Shown here: in pieces, positions 18,293 through 26,395 of the stretch
Layout of the letters: each line of letters opens with the position of its first letter
Position numbering within the stretch: position 1 is the first letter of the stretch
Source: Escherichia coli
GTDB taxonomy: Bacteria; Pseudomonadota; Gammaproteobacteria; Enterobacterales; Enterobacteriaceae
Length of the DNA: 64,000 bases
Assembly (NCBI RefSeq): GCF_011045215.1
Contig: NZ_CP049201.1
Strand: one strand, 5' to 3'
Made by a program: the position numbers and the translations under genes
The notes under the pieces: model-generated
The model's database searches: none
The model's input: only the letters and a program-made list of their open reading frames with translations
What the model was told of the DNA's origin: nothing

Positions 18293-18823
18293 ATGTCGCA
18301 ACCAGAGGAGTTGCGACTCCGAAGATTACATAGGAAATTAATGATTATGGGATTCGTCATTTTCATTGCGATCGTAATTTTATCCATTTACGTTCTTACC
18401 AAATTATTTATTTCAGAAAATTCACACGACAAAATTAGAGCCGAGGCATCCAGAAGAATTGCACAAGAAGAGGCCGAACGGGCTAAGTTGTATGAAGAGA
18501 GAAAGGAATCATCTGATAATCCTGTTAATAAACAAAAACGAATAACAACACACGAAGATCATTTTTATATGGATATTCATGGTGGTCACAAATATATATG
18601 TGTTGATGCTAAGTTAGTTTTTGAATATGCAAATTTAAAACACAACTATTTTCTTCACGCCTCTCACTATTTCCCTGAGTTAGAGTATGTTTATGGAAAA
18701 AACGAACATGGGAAAATAGTTAGAGTAGATTTGTACGATAAAAAAATTCAAGCTATTAACCCCGATACTGGCGAAAAAATACCTGGTGTGAGACGTTATC
18801 TACGACAGCACAAGATAAAATAG
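18293..18823 (+). CDS. Hypothetical membrane-anchored protein (AT-rich cargo gene)
   Basis: 176 aa; N-terminal TM helix MIMGFVIFIAIVILSIYVLTKLF; markedly AT-rich; followed by hairpin+T-run terminators. Confidence 0.45.
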   Translation: MSQPEELRLRRLHRKLMIMGFVIFIAIVILSIYVLTKLFISENSHDKIRAEASRRIAQEEAERAKLYEERKESSDNPVNKQKRITTHEDHFYMDIHGGHKYICVDAKLVFEYANLKHNYFLHASHYFPELEYVYGKNEHGKIVRVDLYDKKIQAINPDTGEKIPGVRRYLRQHKIK

Positions 18824-19238
18824 CCCACCGGAATTTTTTTCCGGTTACGCTTTGCCCACCAGCCGCAAATGTGGCATTGTTGGCTATGCTCATGCGTTGG
18901 GGATAACGCGCAATTAGTGTTGAAGGGCCACCGTAGCGGGTGGCCTTTGTTTTGCCTGTTATCCGGCAATTGTGGCGCTTCGCCACACGGTTGATATAAT
19001 CCTCCTGCACAGATTCATTTTTTGCGCAGCAGGTTAATTGTTCGCAAGGGCGCTCCGGCAACTGGGCGCTTTTTGTTTTTACCCACCAGCACAATAAAAA
19101 TCTTCATTTTCCATTTTTGCAAAATTTCATGCTTTCCGGACGACTGGCCATATGTCATTTTTTAGCAGAAGATTTTGCCTTGCTGGTGGGTAGCTTCCCG
19201 GTTAACACGATGTACCGTATAATCAGCACCGCACGCGG

Positions 19239-19820
19239 TTACTGAATACGCTCACCAAAGTAAAACTCAGGCTGATATTCACGTATCAGCCTTTTTTCTT
19301 CTTCCTCCAGCTCACGCTTTTTGCGCTTACATGCCTGTAGTTCCCTCCCCTTCTCGCTGGCACTTATCTGGTATTGCTCTTTGCGACGGGAAAAATCCTG
19401 TAATGCGCCCCACGGGATACCATAAGCCCCCGTTTTTCTGATACCCGGTATCACATTTCTGAATACCCAGTTACTGAAACGATGGGCGAACGTGCCAGGA
19501 GTAGCAGCTTTTCGACTTCTGGCAATCAGCTTGTAAAAACCAGATTCAGAAACGACGCTATGATTTGGATTTCCGCGAATACCGTAAGTTAAAGTTACGG
19601 TATTACTTTCATCATCATCCAGAGCTTGCAACGCCATGCGTGAATTAGTCAGTTCCAGCGCAGCGCAGACATCCTTTGCAACAAACCACGGATCGCCGTT
19701 CAGATACACCACGCGAACGTTCACACTATCAAAGCGCAGAACGACCAGATCACGAATATCACAGAATTTTTTCACTGGACGTGCGTCACCCTTGCCAGTC
19801 ACGGCAATATTTTTATTCAT
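19239..19820 (-). CDS. Bro-N domain protein (putative antirepressor)
   Basis: 193 aa; N-terminal ...GDPWFVAKDVCAALEL... Bro-N-like; coiled-coil C-terminus. Confidence 0.55.
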   Translation of the reverse strand: MNKNIAVTGKGDARPVKKFCDIRDLVVLRFDSVNVRVVYLNGDPWFVAKDVCAALELTNSRMALQALDDDESNTVTLTYGIRGNPNHSVVSESGFYKLIARSRKAATPGTFAHRFSNWVFRNVIPGIRKTGAYGIPWGALQDFSRRKEQYQISASEKGRELQACKRKKRELEEEEKRLIREYQPEFYFGERIQ

Positions 19821-19870
19821 CGCTTTTTACCTCACATACAAAAAACCCCGCATTGCGCGGGGTATATCAA

Positions 19871-20080
19871 TCATTGACGATATTCATTAGCTTGTTTTCG
19901 TTGTCTTTCCAGCCACGATGCAACATCATCACGATGCCATGCGTTGCGTCGCCCAATCTTAAAGGGGCGTGGAAATTTATTTTTTTCATCATTCATGAAA
20001 GCGTAAAATGCACTCATTGCACCGTAGCGAAGCTCTGCCATCACGTCTTTGGTAAATAGAATATTGCCGTTAGTGCTCAT
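19871..20080 (-). CDS. AlpA-family transcriptional regulator/excisionase-like
   Basis: 69 aa, ...RRNAWHRDDVASWLE... typical AlpA/Xis HTH; immediately downstream of P4-type int. Confidence 0.75.
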   Translation of the reverse strand: MSTNGNILFTKDVMAELRYGAMSAFYAFMNDEKNKFPRPFKIGRRNAWHRDDVASWLERQRKQANEYRQ

Positions 20081-20086
20081 ATTGCC

Positions 20087-21319
20087 TCACATATTCACTA
20101 CTTTTAGCCCCTGATGACCACCAGAACGACGGATAATTCCCTTTCTGGCATCATCAACAAAATCACCAATCCATTGCATCATGATCTTACGTTGCTCAAA
20201 ATATTTTGAGCGATTATAAATATCACGAATAGCATCGCCGCTTTTATGGGCTAATGCTGCCTCAATAACATCTGGGTTAAACCCTTCTTCGTTGAGTAAC
20301 GTACTCCACATAGCCCGGAATCCGTGGGCAGTTGCAATACCATAAAATTGTCCATCTTTGAAACACTTATGACGCAACACGCTTGATATAGCTTTCCCCG
20401 GATTCTTTGGAGAAAAAAATATATAGCTACCACATTTTATTTTATTCATTTCATTTAAAATATCCACGGCTTGCCGTGAAAGCGGAACTACGTGTTCACG
20501 TCCACACTTCATTCTTTCAGGGGGAATTGTCCAGATACAATTTTCTAAATCAATTTCCTCCCATTTTGCCTCCCTTGCTTCACATGGTCGTACCATAGTG
20601 AAAATCTGGAACAAAAGAGAGCATCTTATAGAGATATTACTTGTAGTATCCCACCAGTTCAAAAATTCTGATAACAGTTCAACTGGTAATGCCTTTAATG
20701 GGGTATGTTTTTTTGTTGCAAATGCATTTCTTATTGTTGATAGCGGGTTATTTTTAATTACTCCAGAGTTAACACAGTAATTCATTATTTCATTAATTTT
20801 TGAAATAATTTTATCCAATACAGAATTACGATCAGAAAATTGATTAAGCAATGGTATGACCACAGGCGCGGTCATATCATGTATGTACACATTTCCAAAT
20901 ACAGGGATTATATGTCTGTTCAATAACTCTTCTATTGTCTGTAAAGTCGACAGTCGCAAATCACCTTTTTTCTTAAAATTAAACCATTCAATTGCAATAG
21001 CACCAAACGTCTGTAAGTGCTTTCTTTTAGCCTCGAGTCGTTTTTCTGCCCGGTATGATAACGGATCTATATCCCGTGCCAACAATCTGCGCAGATTATC
21101 GCGTTCTTCTCTGGCTTCAACCAGCGTGAAATCGGGGTATCGCCCTATAGTGTATGTTTGCCGCTTCTTCGTAAAAGGTTGTACATAACGAAAACGCCAC
21201 GATTTACTACCGGCTTTTGACACATAAAGCAAAAGCCCAAACCCATCATATAGAGCGTAATCTTTCTCTCGTGGCCTGGCGCTTTTTACCTCTGATGCAG
21301 TAAGAGGCTTCACCGACAT
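20087..21319 (-). CDS. Tyrosine integrase, P4/CP4-57 type
   Basis: N-terminus MSVKPLTASEVKSARPREKDYALYDGFGLLLYVSKAGSKSWRFRY typical of P4-like integrases; C-terminal catalytic domain ...AHGFRAMWSTLLNE... Confidence 0.9.
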   Translation of the reverse strand: MSVKPLTASEVKSARPREKDYALYDGFGLLLYVSKAGSKSWRFRYVQPFTKKRQTYTIGRYPDFTLVEAREERDNLRRLLARDIDPLSYRAEKRLEAKRKHLQTFGAIAIEWFNFKKKGDLRLSTLQTIEELLNRHIIPVFGNVYIHDMTAPVVIPLLNQFSDRNSVLDKIISKINEIMNYCVNSGVIKNNPLSTIRNAFATKKHTPLKALPVELLSEFLNWWDTTSNISIRCSLLFQIFTMVRPCEAREAKWEEIDLENCIWTIPPERMKCGREHVVPLSRQAVDILNEMNKIKCGSYIFFSPKNPGKAISSVLRHKCFKDGQFYGIATAHGFRAMWSTLLNEEGFNPDVIEAALAHKSGDAIRDIYNRSKYFEQRKIMMQWIGDFVDDARKGIIRRSGGHQGLKVVNM

Positions 21320-21433
21320 ACAAGCACTCCAATACAAATTTTTTCTAGTCCATGCGCTGGTTCCTTTTGCCAGAATACTGGCGATAAAAAAGCGAAAAAC
21401 AAGGAACAATGCACACAATGAAAAAACCGCAAC

Positions 21434-21898
21434 TTATTGAATAAGAAGAAAAACAAAAAGAAACGGTAACGAAAGATAATGATTGCATAGTCCAAAAGAG
21501 ACACGGAAAACGATGTAGTCGTCCAGCAGTCGGTCGAAGGTATCCACCTCAGCATCAATAAAAACCGCCGGATCAACGTTATCCAGCCCGAACGTGGCTC
21601 CATCAATCCAGTCAGATAAATCCATTGCCAGACAGCGGGCAAATATCTGCGGTTTTGGCACGTTTTCCGTCTTTCCGGCCCGATCAGTCACCACAAACAG
21701 ATCGCATTTCAGCGTGACCCGTGTCTGCCCGTCGGCAAACTGAGCCTTGTCCCAGCCGGGTACATCCACAAACACGGCAGGCGTCACCAGTTGCGTCACT
21801 TTTTCCGGGTACTCATCGGCATCTTCCACCCAGGGAATTTGTTTCAGACTGTCAATCACTGCCTGATGCCAGGTTCCCATCATCAATGGTTCCATCAT
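21434..21898 (-). CDS. Putative tail-completion/head-tail adaptor-like protein, C-terminus atypical at island junction
   Basis: 154 aa after Z-like gene; last about 20 residues (LCNHYLSLPFLFVFLLIQ) are low-complexity and read into the A-rich junction next to island int. Confidence 0.4.
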   Translation of the reverse strand: MMEPLMMGTWHQAVIDSLKQIPWVEDADEYPEKVTQLVTPAVFVDVPGWDKAQFADGQTRVTLKCDLFVVTDRAGKTENVPKPQIFARCLAMDLSDWIDGATFGLDNVDPAVFIDAEVDTFDRLLDDYIVFRVSFGLCNHYLSLPFLFVFLLIQ

Positions 21899-22617
21899 TC
21901 CATCCCCTTAAATACCCGGAATTTCAGTTCATGCTCAAAATTTTTCAGGATCAGTGCTTCCGCATCAGGGAAAACAAAATCCTCTATACGGTTCAGCATG
22001 GCTTCATAAATATCAATTTCCGCTTCGCGCACCCTTCGTCGTCCGGATGCCTGCCGGACCAGTACCGTCTTACGTCGTGAAATGCGTCCGCGCCGGTTTT
22101 CAGACTCAAACTCATTAACAAAAGCCTCGTCACCTGACCAGGTGGTGACCGGTATTGCCTCCCCGGCGGGCTTAAAACGTATCTCCGGCGCTTTCCTGCG
22201 ACGGGAAGCCGGTGCAAAACGCCCCCGTTCATCACGCAGCTGATGGCGTTCACCGCGTCGCCCCCCACTGATGCGTCCGCGCAGATCACGCACTTTGATG
22301 GCGTTCAGGCCGAACCACACCTTTACCTCATCAAACTCATCGCCATTTCGACGAATGATAAAAGCATTCAGGACACGTTTTTTGATCATTTTCTGGCTGC
22401 GTGGCGCAACCTGTTTTTTAAACTCTGCCATGGCCTTCATCCGCAGTGCGGACGCGGCTCTTTTCAGCGCCACGCCCCAGGCTTTACGGATCTGGCTTTT
22501 TGAACCACCCAGTTTAGCGATAATTTTCAGCACATCATCCTCGTCAATATCGACGACGAGGTTTCGTGCCAGCCGTCGCTGCCGGACAGTGCTTCGTTCA
22601 TGCTCTCTGACTGTCAT
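21895..22617 (-). CDS. Head-tail joining/virion morphogenesis protein (gpZ-like position)
   Basis: About 240 aa basic protein following FII-like gene. Confidence 0.45.
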   Translation of the reverse strand: MTVREHERSTVRQRRLARNLVVDIDEDDVLKIIAKLGGSKSQIRKAWGVALKRAASALRMKAMAEFKKQVAPRSQKMIKKRVLNAFIIRRNGDEFDEVKVWFGLNAIKVRDLRGRISGGRRGERHQLRDERGRFAPASRRRKAPEIRFKPAGEAIPVTTWSGDEAFVNEFESENRRGRISRRKTVLVRQASGRRRVREAEIDIYEAMLNRIEDFVFPDAEALILKNFEHELKFRVFKGME

Positions 22618-23005
22618 AACGTTTACTCGGTCGGACAGGGGCGGCGGGTGTACTTCTTCCGGGTTCTCCCCGCGCAAGAGTAATGGTAATCACACCATGA
22701 CCCGCAGTGCCTGACTCATCCCAGCCAGGATCGACCACCTGGTAGGGTTCGCCGTGGATCATGACCCTGTCATATTTTTTCAGTCCGGCAACCCATGCGC
22801 TCCGGGTAAATAACACCGGTGCAGTATCACGAATTTCGCCGCTGCCAGTGTTCATCCCGGTGTTATCTGCCGGGGCATCAAAAACAGCACGGATTTTTCT
22901 TTCCGTGCCGCCCGGATATATGCTGATTTCCGTCCCCATCGTATCCAGGATGATGTCATCCGCATCACTCATGGCCTGATCGAACAGATTATCGGACATC
23001 ATCAC
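22598..23005 (-). CDS. Head-tail connector protein (lambda FII-like)
   Basis: N-terminus MMMSDNLFDQA... resembles gpFII; follows FI-like gene. Confidence 0.55.
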   Translation of the reverse strand: MMMSDNLFDQAMSDADDIILDTMGTEISIYPGGTERKIRAVFDAPADNTGMNTGSGEIRDTAPVLFTRSAWVAGLKKYDRVMIHGEPYQVVDPGWDESGTAGHGVITITLARGEPGRSTPAAPVRPSKRYDSQRA

Positions 23006-23388
23006 TCCCGGATTTTTTCTGCCAGACCATCCGCCAGCAACGCAGGAACTGTGGCTTCATTAACCAGCACAACACTGGAGGCCCGGGCGAACATCAACAT
23101 TTTGCCCGTCACCGCATCACGGGACGGCATATGTGCCGTTTTCAGCATGCGCACCCGAACGAGTCCCCGCTCAGAATACACCTCATTACGGGCATCCCCT
23201 CCGGATGCATCACGCTGTTCATCATGCACATCATCCTGTTCTGTCCCTTCCCCATCGAATCCGGCGGCCTCCTCTTCCCATTCCGCCAGGCGCTGTTCAA
23301 GATCGGCTTTTGAACCTGAAATATCTGCTTCACGCCCCAGAATCTCTGCCAGCTCCTGCAGGCGTTCAGTCATCTGCTCTTTTGTCAT
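23002..23388 (-). CDS. DNA packaging protein (lambda FI-like)
   Basis: Start MTKEQMTERLQELAE...; acidic linker; position after E as in lambda. Confidence 0.6.
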   Translation of the reverse strand: MTKEQMTERLQELAEILGREADISGSKADLEQRLAEWEEEAAGFDGEGTEQDDVHDEQRDASGGDARNEVYSERGLVRVRMLKTAHMPSRDAVTGKMLMFARASSVVLVNEATVPALLADGLAEKIRE

Positions 23389-23438
23389 CACATTTCTCCC
23401 GTGCGATAAAGAAAAAGGCGGGAATATCCCGCCTGACC

Positions 23439-24467
23439 TTATTTCACCTGAACCACCACAAACGCGTCCGGATCCGGCAACACCATCAACGGCGCAGACT
23501 GCGTCATGGTATATTCGCACCCCGGGTCCCCCACCTCTAACCAGTGTTTCGGATAACGAATTGCAGAGGTGATCCCTTCACTCAGCGCCTGGTTATCCTG
23601 GATTGCGCCATAACAACGGACACCCTCCACCTGAGTGTTTCCAAGAATCAGTGTGCCTTCCGGCAGATAACGCTGCTCATCCCCGTTTTCATCAACATAC
23701 GTTGTTTTCGCCACCATGATGGCCAGATCACCGTAATAACCTTTAAAAGAAACCACGGAACCCAGATCTTTCAGCGCGGTTTCCAGTTCAGATTTTGAGC
23801 CACGGCGGGTATCCAGTTTTTCACGAAACAGCTTAAAACCGTTCAGCATACGCCAGACAGTACCGTCCATAATCGCAATATTGATGGTACCGGAAGCAAA
23901 ATCGCAGTACGCATCCAGATCATGCGTCGGATCAAAGGTGTCAGCATTCTGTTTTGACCATTCGCGTCCCCCTGCCTGCGTTATGTTATTGGCGGCAGAA
24001 CGTCCAAAATCCACTTCCACCGTCTCAAACTGTTCACCGCTCATGGTGTACTTACCCTGCAGAACAGCGCTGACCGCCTGCATTTCTTCCACCTGCACAA
24101 TCGCCTGCTCTTCCTGTTTCAGGTTATCAGTCAGAATACGCAGGCGACGGTAGGCCGGGTCATTAAGACGGGCCGGATCTTCCCCCGGAAGACGCTCCAC
24201 CGCCTGCTGATAATCCAGCCGGTGTTTTGGTTTAACATAGCCGGGGCGTAACACGCGGGTTTCACCACCACGACTGCGCAGTACCTTACCTGACACAACC
24301 GGAGACACATATGCCGCAACCGGTGTTTTTCCGGTGATTTTATCCAGCATCACTTCCTGAGTATGGAAAGTGACCGTACGACGAAAAAACAGCTCCAGAA
24401 ACAGCGCACGGAATTTCACTTTCTGCTCGGTGTAGCCGAGCAACTGACGCGTGGTAAATAACCCCAT
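23439..24467 (-). CDS. Major capsid protein (lambda gpE-like)
   Basis: ...AAYVSPVVSGKVLRSRGG...PGYVKPKH...VQVEEMQAVSAVLQGKYTMSGE...DTRRGSKSELETALKDLG very close to lambda E as recalled. Confidence 0.9.
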   Translation of the reverse strand: MGLFTTRQLLGYTEQKVKFRALFLELFFRRTVTFHTQEVMLDKITGKTPVAAYVSPVVSGKVLRSRGGETRVLRPGYVKPKHRLDYQQAVERLPGEDPARLNDPAYRRLRILTDNLKQEEQAIVQVEEMQAVSAVLQGKYTMSGEQFETVEVDFGRSAANNITQAGGREWSKQNADTFDPTHDLDAYCDFASGTINIAIMDGTVWRMLNGFKLFREKLDTRRGSKSELETALKDLGSVVSFKGYYGDLAIMVAKTTYVDENGDEQRYLPEGTLILGNTQVEGVRCYGAIQDNQALSEGITSAIRYPKHWLEVGDPGCEYTMTQSAPLMVLPDPDAFVVVQVK

Positions 24468-24537
24468 AATTGACTTTCCTTTAAAAACACAAACGAACCG
24501 CATCACGACCCGTTTTTTTCAGTTAATCACTTCACCA

Positions 24538-24903
24538 TCAGGCGTGGCTGATGGCACTTCCCACAAACGCGTTGGCTTTTTTCACCGCATCCACCGAATC
24601 CGGCCAGACCAGCGATTCGGTGGCAAACGTACCGCTTTTGTAGTACGTCAGTGTGGGCTCGGTCCCGGCCAGCGCCAGTGCCAGTACCCCCACAGCCGTT
24701 CCGGCTTTCTGACCATCCCATGCCACCAGTTTTCCGCTGGCGTCATCCAGCATCAGTGGCGTCAGTGAAGGCGTGGCAACACTGATACCGCTGGTACCTG
24801 TTGCGGTATACACCGGATCGCTTCCGGCAAAAATGCGCCCGTCCGCACGCTTTTCTGTGGTGGTTTTAATCATTTTCTCAGTCTCCTGATTTATCTGAAT
24901 CAC
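24538..24903 (-). CDS. Head decoration protein (lambda gpD-like)
   Basis: ...TPLMLDDASGKLVAWDG...YYKSGTFATESLVWPD...GSAISHA matches gpD. Confidence 0.85.
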   Translation of the reverse strand: MIQINQETEKMIKTTTEKRADGRIFAGSDPVYTATGTSGISVATPSLTPLMLDDASGKLVAWDGQKAGTAVGVLALALAGTEPTLTYYKSGTFATESLVWPDSVDAVKKANAFVGSAISHA

Positions 24904-24913
24904 GGATCCCCGC

Positions 24914-26395
24914 TTACGGCATACTCATCAGCAGTTCTTCTTCCCCGTTCCCGGCAGTTCCGCCACCGGAAACGGCACTGGCGGCATGCTGTGCCATGAA
25001 GCGCTCAAAAAGTGTTACCTGTGACGGTTGCGATACTGATGGCGCAGCTGCCAGCAGTGTTTTCGCCTGGTCCACTGTCATTCCCGGCTGTTCAGCCAGC
25101 GCCTGTGCCAGTTTTTCGCGTCCTTTTGCTTCCGGAAGTGCCATTATCTGCTCGCCGGTACTTGCCGCACCGGTTGCCGGTGCCGCTGCCAGTAACATTT
25201 TCGCCTGTTCCACCGTCATTCCCGGCTGTTCAGCCAGCGTCCGTGCCAGTTGTTCACGCCCTTTTGCTTCCGGAAGTGCCACAATCTGATCGCCAGTACT
25301 GTCAGTACCGGCAACCGGTGCCGCTGCCAGTAACGTTTTCGCCTGCTCAACTGACATTCCCTGCTGACCTGCCAGCATCTGCGCCAGTTTTTCGCGTCCT
25401 TTCGCCTCCTGACAATTCAGGATCCCCATCACGCGCTGATTTTCCTGGGACACCGCTTCAGCAACGGTGAGATTTTTTGTTGTCATCGTATTCTCCTGTG
25501 TAACAGAGTCGTTCAGAGCAGAAACCATTACATCAACGGCATCTGCAGCATTAATCAGTTGATCAGCCAGGCCTGTATCAATGCCTGCCTGACCGTCATA
25601 AACGGCAGCCTCGGTATTCATCACCACCTCTGAACTCAGCCCCGTATAAAGTGCCACCTTGTCGACAAACATCCGGCGGGCCTCATCAATACGGCGCTGA
25701 AAATCCGCACGCACACCTGTCGGCAACGCCTGAATACTGTTGCCGTCAACCTTGTGCTGCCCGGAGTAAATCAGCGTGATATCCACCCCTTCCTGTGCCA
25801 GTTGTTTCTCATAACTGATGTGCGCCATCATCACACCAATCGAACCAATTTTTGCCGTCTGCGTGACCAGCCGACGCGTACAGGCTGCCGCCAGCAACAT
25901 GGCGGCTGAACAGGCCATGTCATTACACAGCGCCCACACGGGCTTCTGTTCCCGCAGACGGTAAATCATGTCAGCACAGTCAAACGCCCCGGCAGCCTGA
26001 CCGCCAGGACTGTCGATATCCAGCAAAATACCGCGCACATCCGGATCATTCACCGCCAGCTGAAGACGGGCGGTAAGACCGTCATAGCCTGTCATGCCAG
26101 AGTAAGGCCTCAGGGTACCCATTTTATGTACCAGCGTGCCGCTCACCGGCAGAATGGCGATGCCATTTTTCACCTGATAGCATTTTTCAGGACGCCGGCC
26201 ACCAGACATATAGTCCGCCACCGCCAGTTGCATACCGTCGGCATCAAGCTGAACATCCAGTTGCGGAACGGAAAGACTGCCCGCCCCCATCTCCTTACCC
26301 AGCGCGCAAAAGAAAACCCGCGCATAGGCGGGTTCCAGTAAAAGCGGTTCATTAAATGCCATGGCGGCAATATGCGATAAATTACGACGCATCAC
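24914..26395 (-). CDS. Head maturation protease/scaffold (lambda gpC-Nu3-like, S49 peptidase family)
   Basis: 493 aa; SppA/ClpP-like core ...GILLDIDSPGGQAAG...; C-terminal repeated scaffold-like segment. Confidence 0.85.
   Translation of the reverse strand: MMRRNLSHIAAMAFNEPLLLEPAYARVFFCALGKEMGAGSLSVPQLDVQLDADGMQLAVADYMSGGRRPEKCYQVKNGIAILPVSGTLVHKMGTLRPYSGMTGYDGLTARLQLAVNDPDVRGILLDIDSPGGQAAGAFDCADMIYRLREQKPVWALCNDMACSAAMLLAAACTRRLVTQTAKIGSIGVMMAHISYEKQLAQEGVDITLIYSGQHKVDGNSIQALPTGVRADFQRRIDEARRMFVDKVALYTGLSSEVVMNTEAAVYDGQAGIDTGLADQLINAADAVDVMVSALNDSVTQENTMTTKNLTVAEAVSQENQRVMGILNCQEAKGREKLAQMLAGQQGMSVEQAKTLLAAAPVAGTDSTGDQIVALPEAKGREQLARTLAEQPGMTVEQAKMLLAAAPATGAASTGEQIMALPEAKGREKLAQALAEQPGMTVDQAKTLLAAAPSVSQPSQVTLFERFMAQHAASAVSGGGTAGNGEEELLMSMP
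25030..25390 (-). repeat. Three in-frame tandem repeats of about 108 bp within the protease/scaffold gene
   Basis: Protein repeats ...GMTVEQAKxLLAAAP...TGxQIxALPEAKGREKLAxxLAEQP... x3; DNA repeats read directly. Confidence 0.6.

Larger units (their letters stand above)
10370..21430 (-). mobile_element. Putative phage-satellite-like island nested in prophage (boundaries approximate)
   Basis: P4-type int, AlpA, Bro-N, RepA-like helicase-primase + iterons, SSB, own cos, second E/D/scaffold/TerS set; no terL/portal. Confidence 0.55.

Noticed and set aside
17743-18387. 214-aa minus-strand ORF spanning the island regulatory region
   Set aside because: Only its last 68 codons (17743-17949) have an RBS and plausible composition; the 5' part runs antisense through the RHH and membrane-protein genes and the operator region.
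25030-25390. Tandem repeats considered as a possible CRISPR array
   Set aside because: Repeats are about 108 bp, in frame inside a protease/scaffold gene, with no unique spacers and no cas genes; they are coding tandem repeats.
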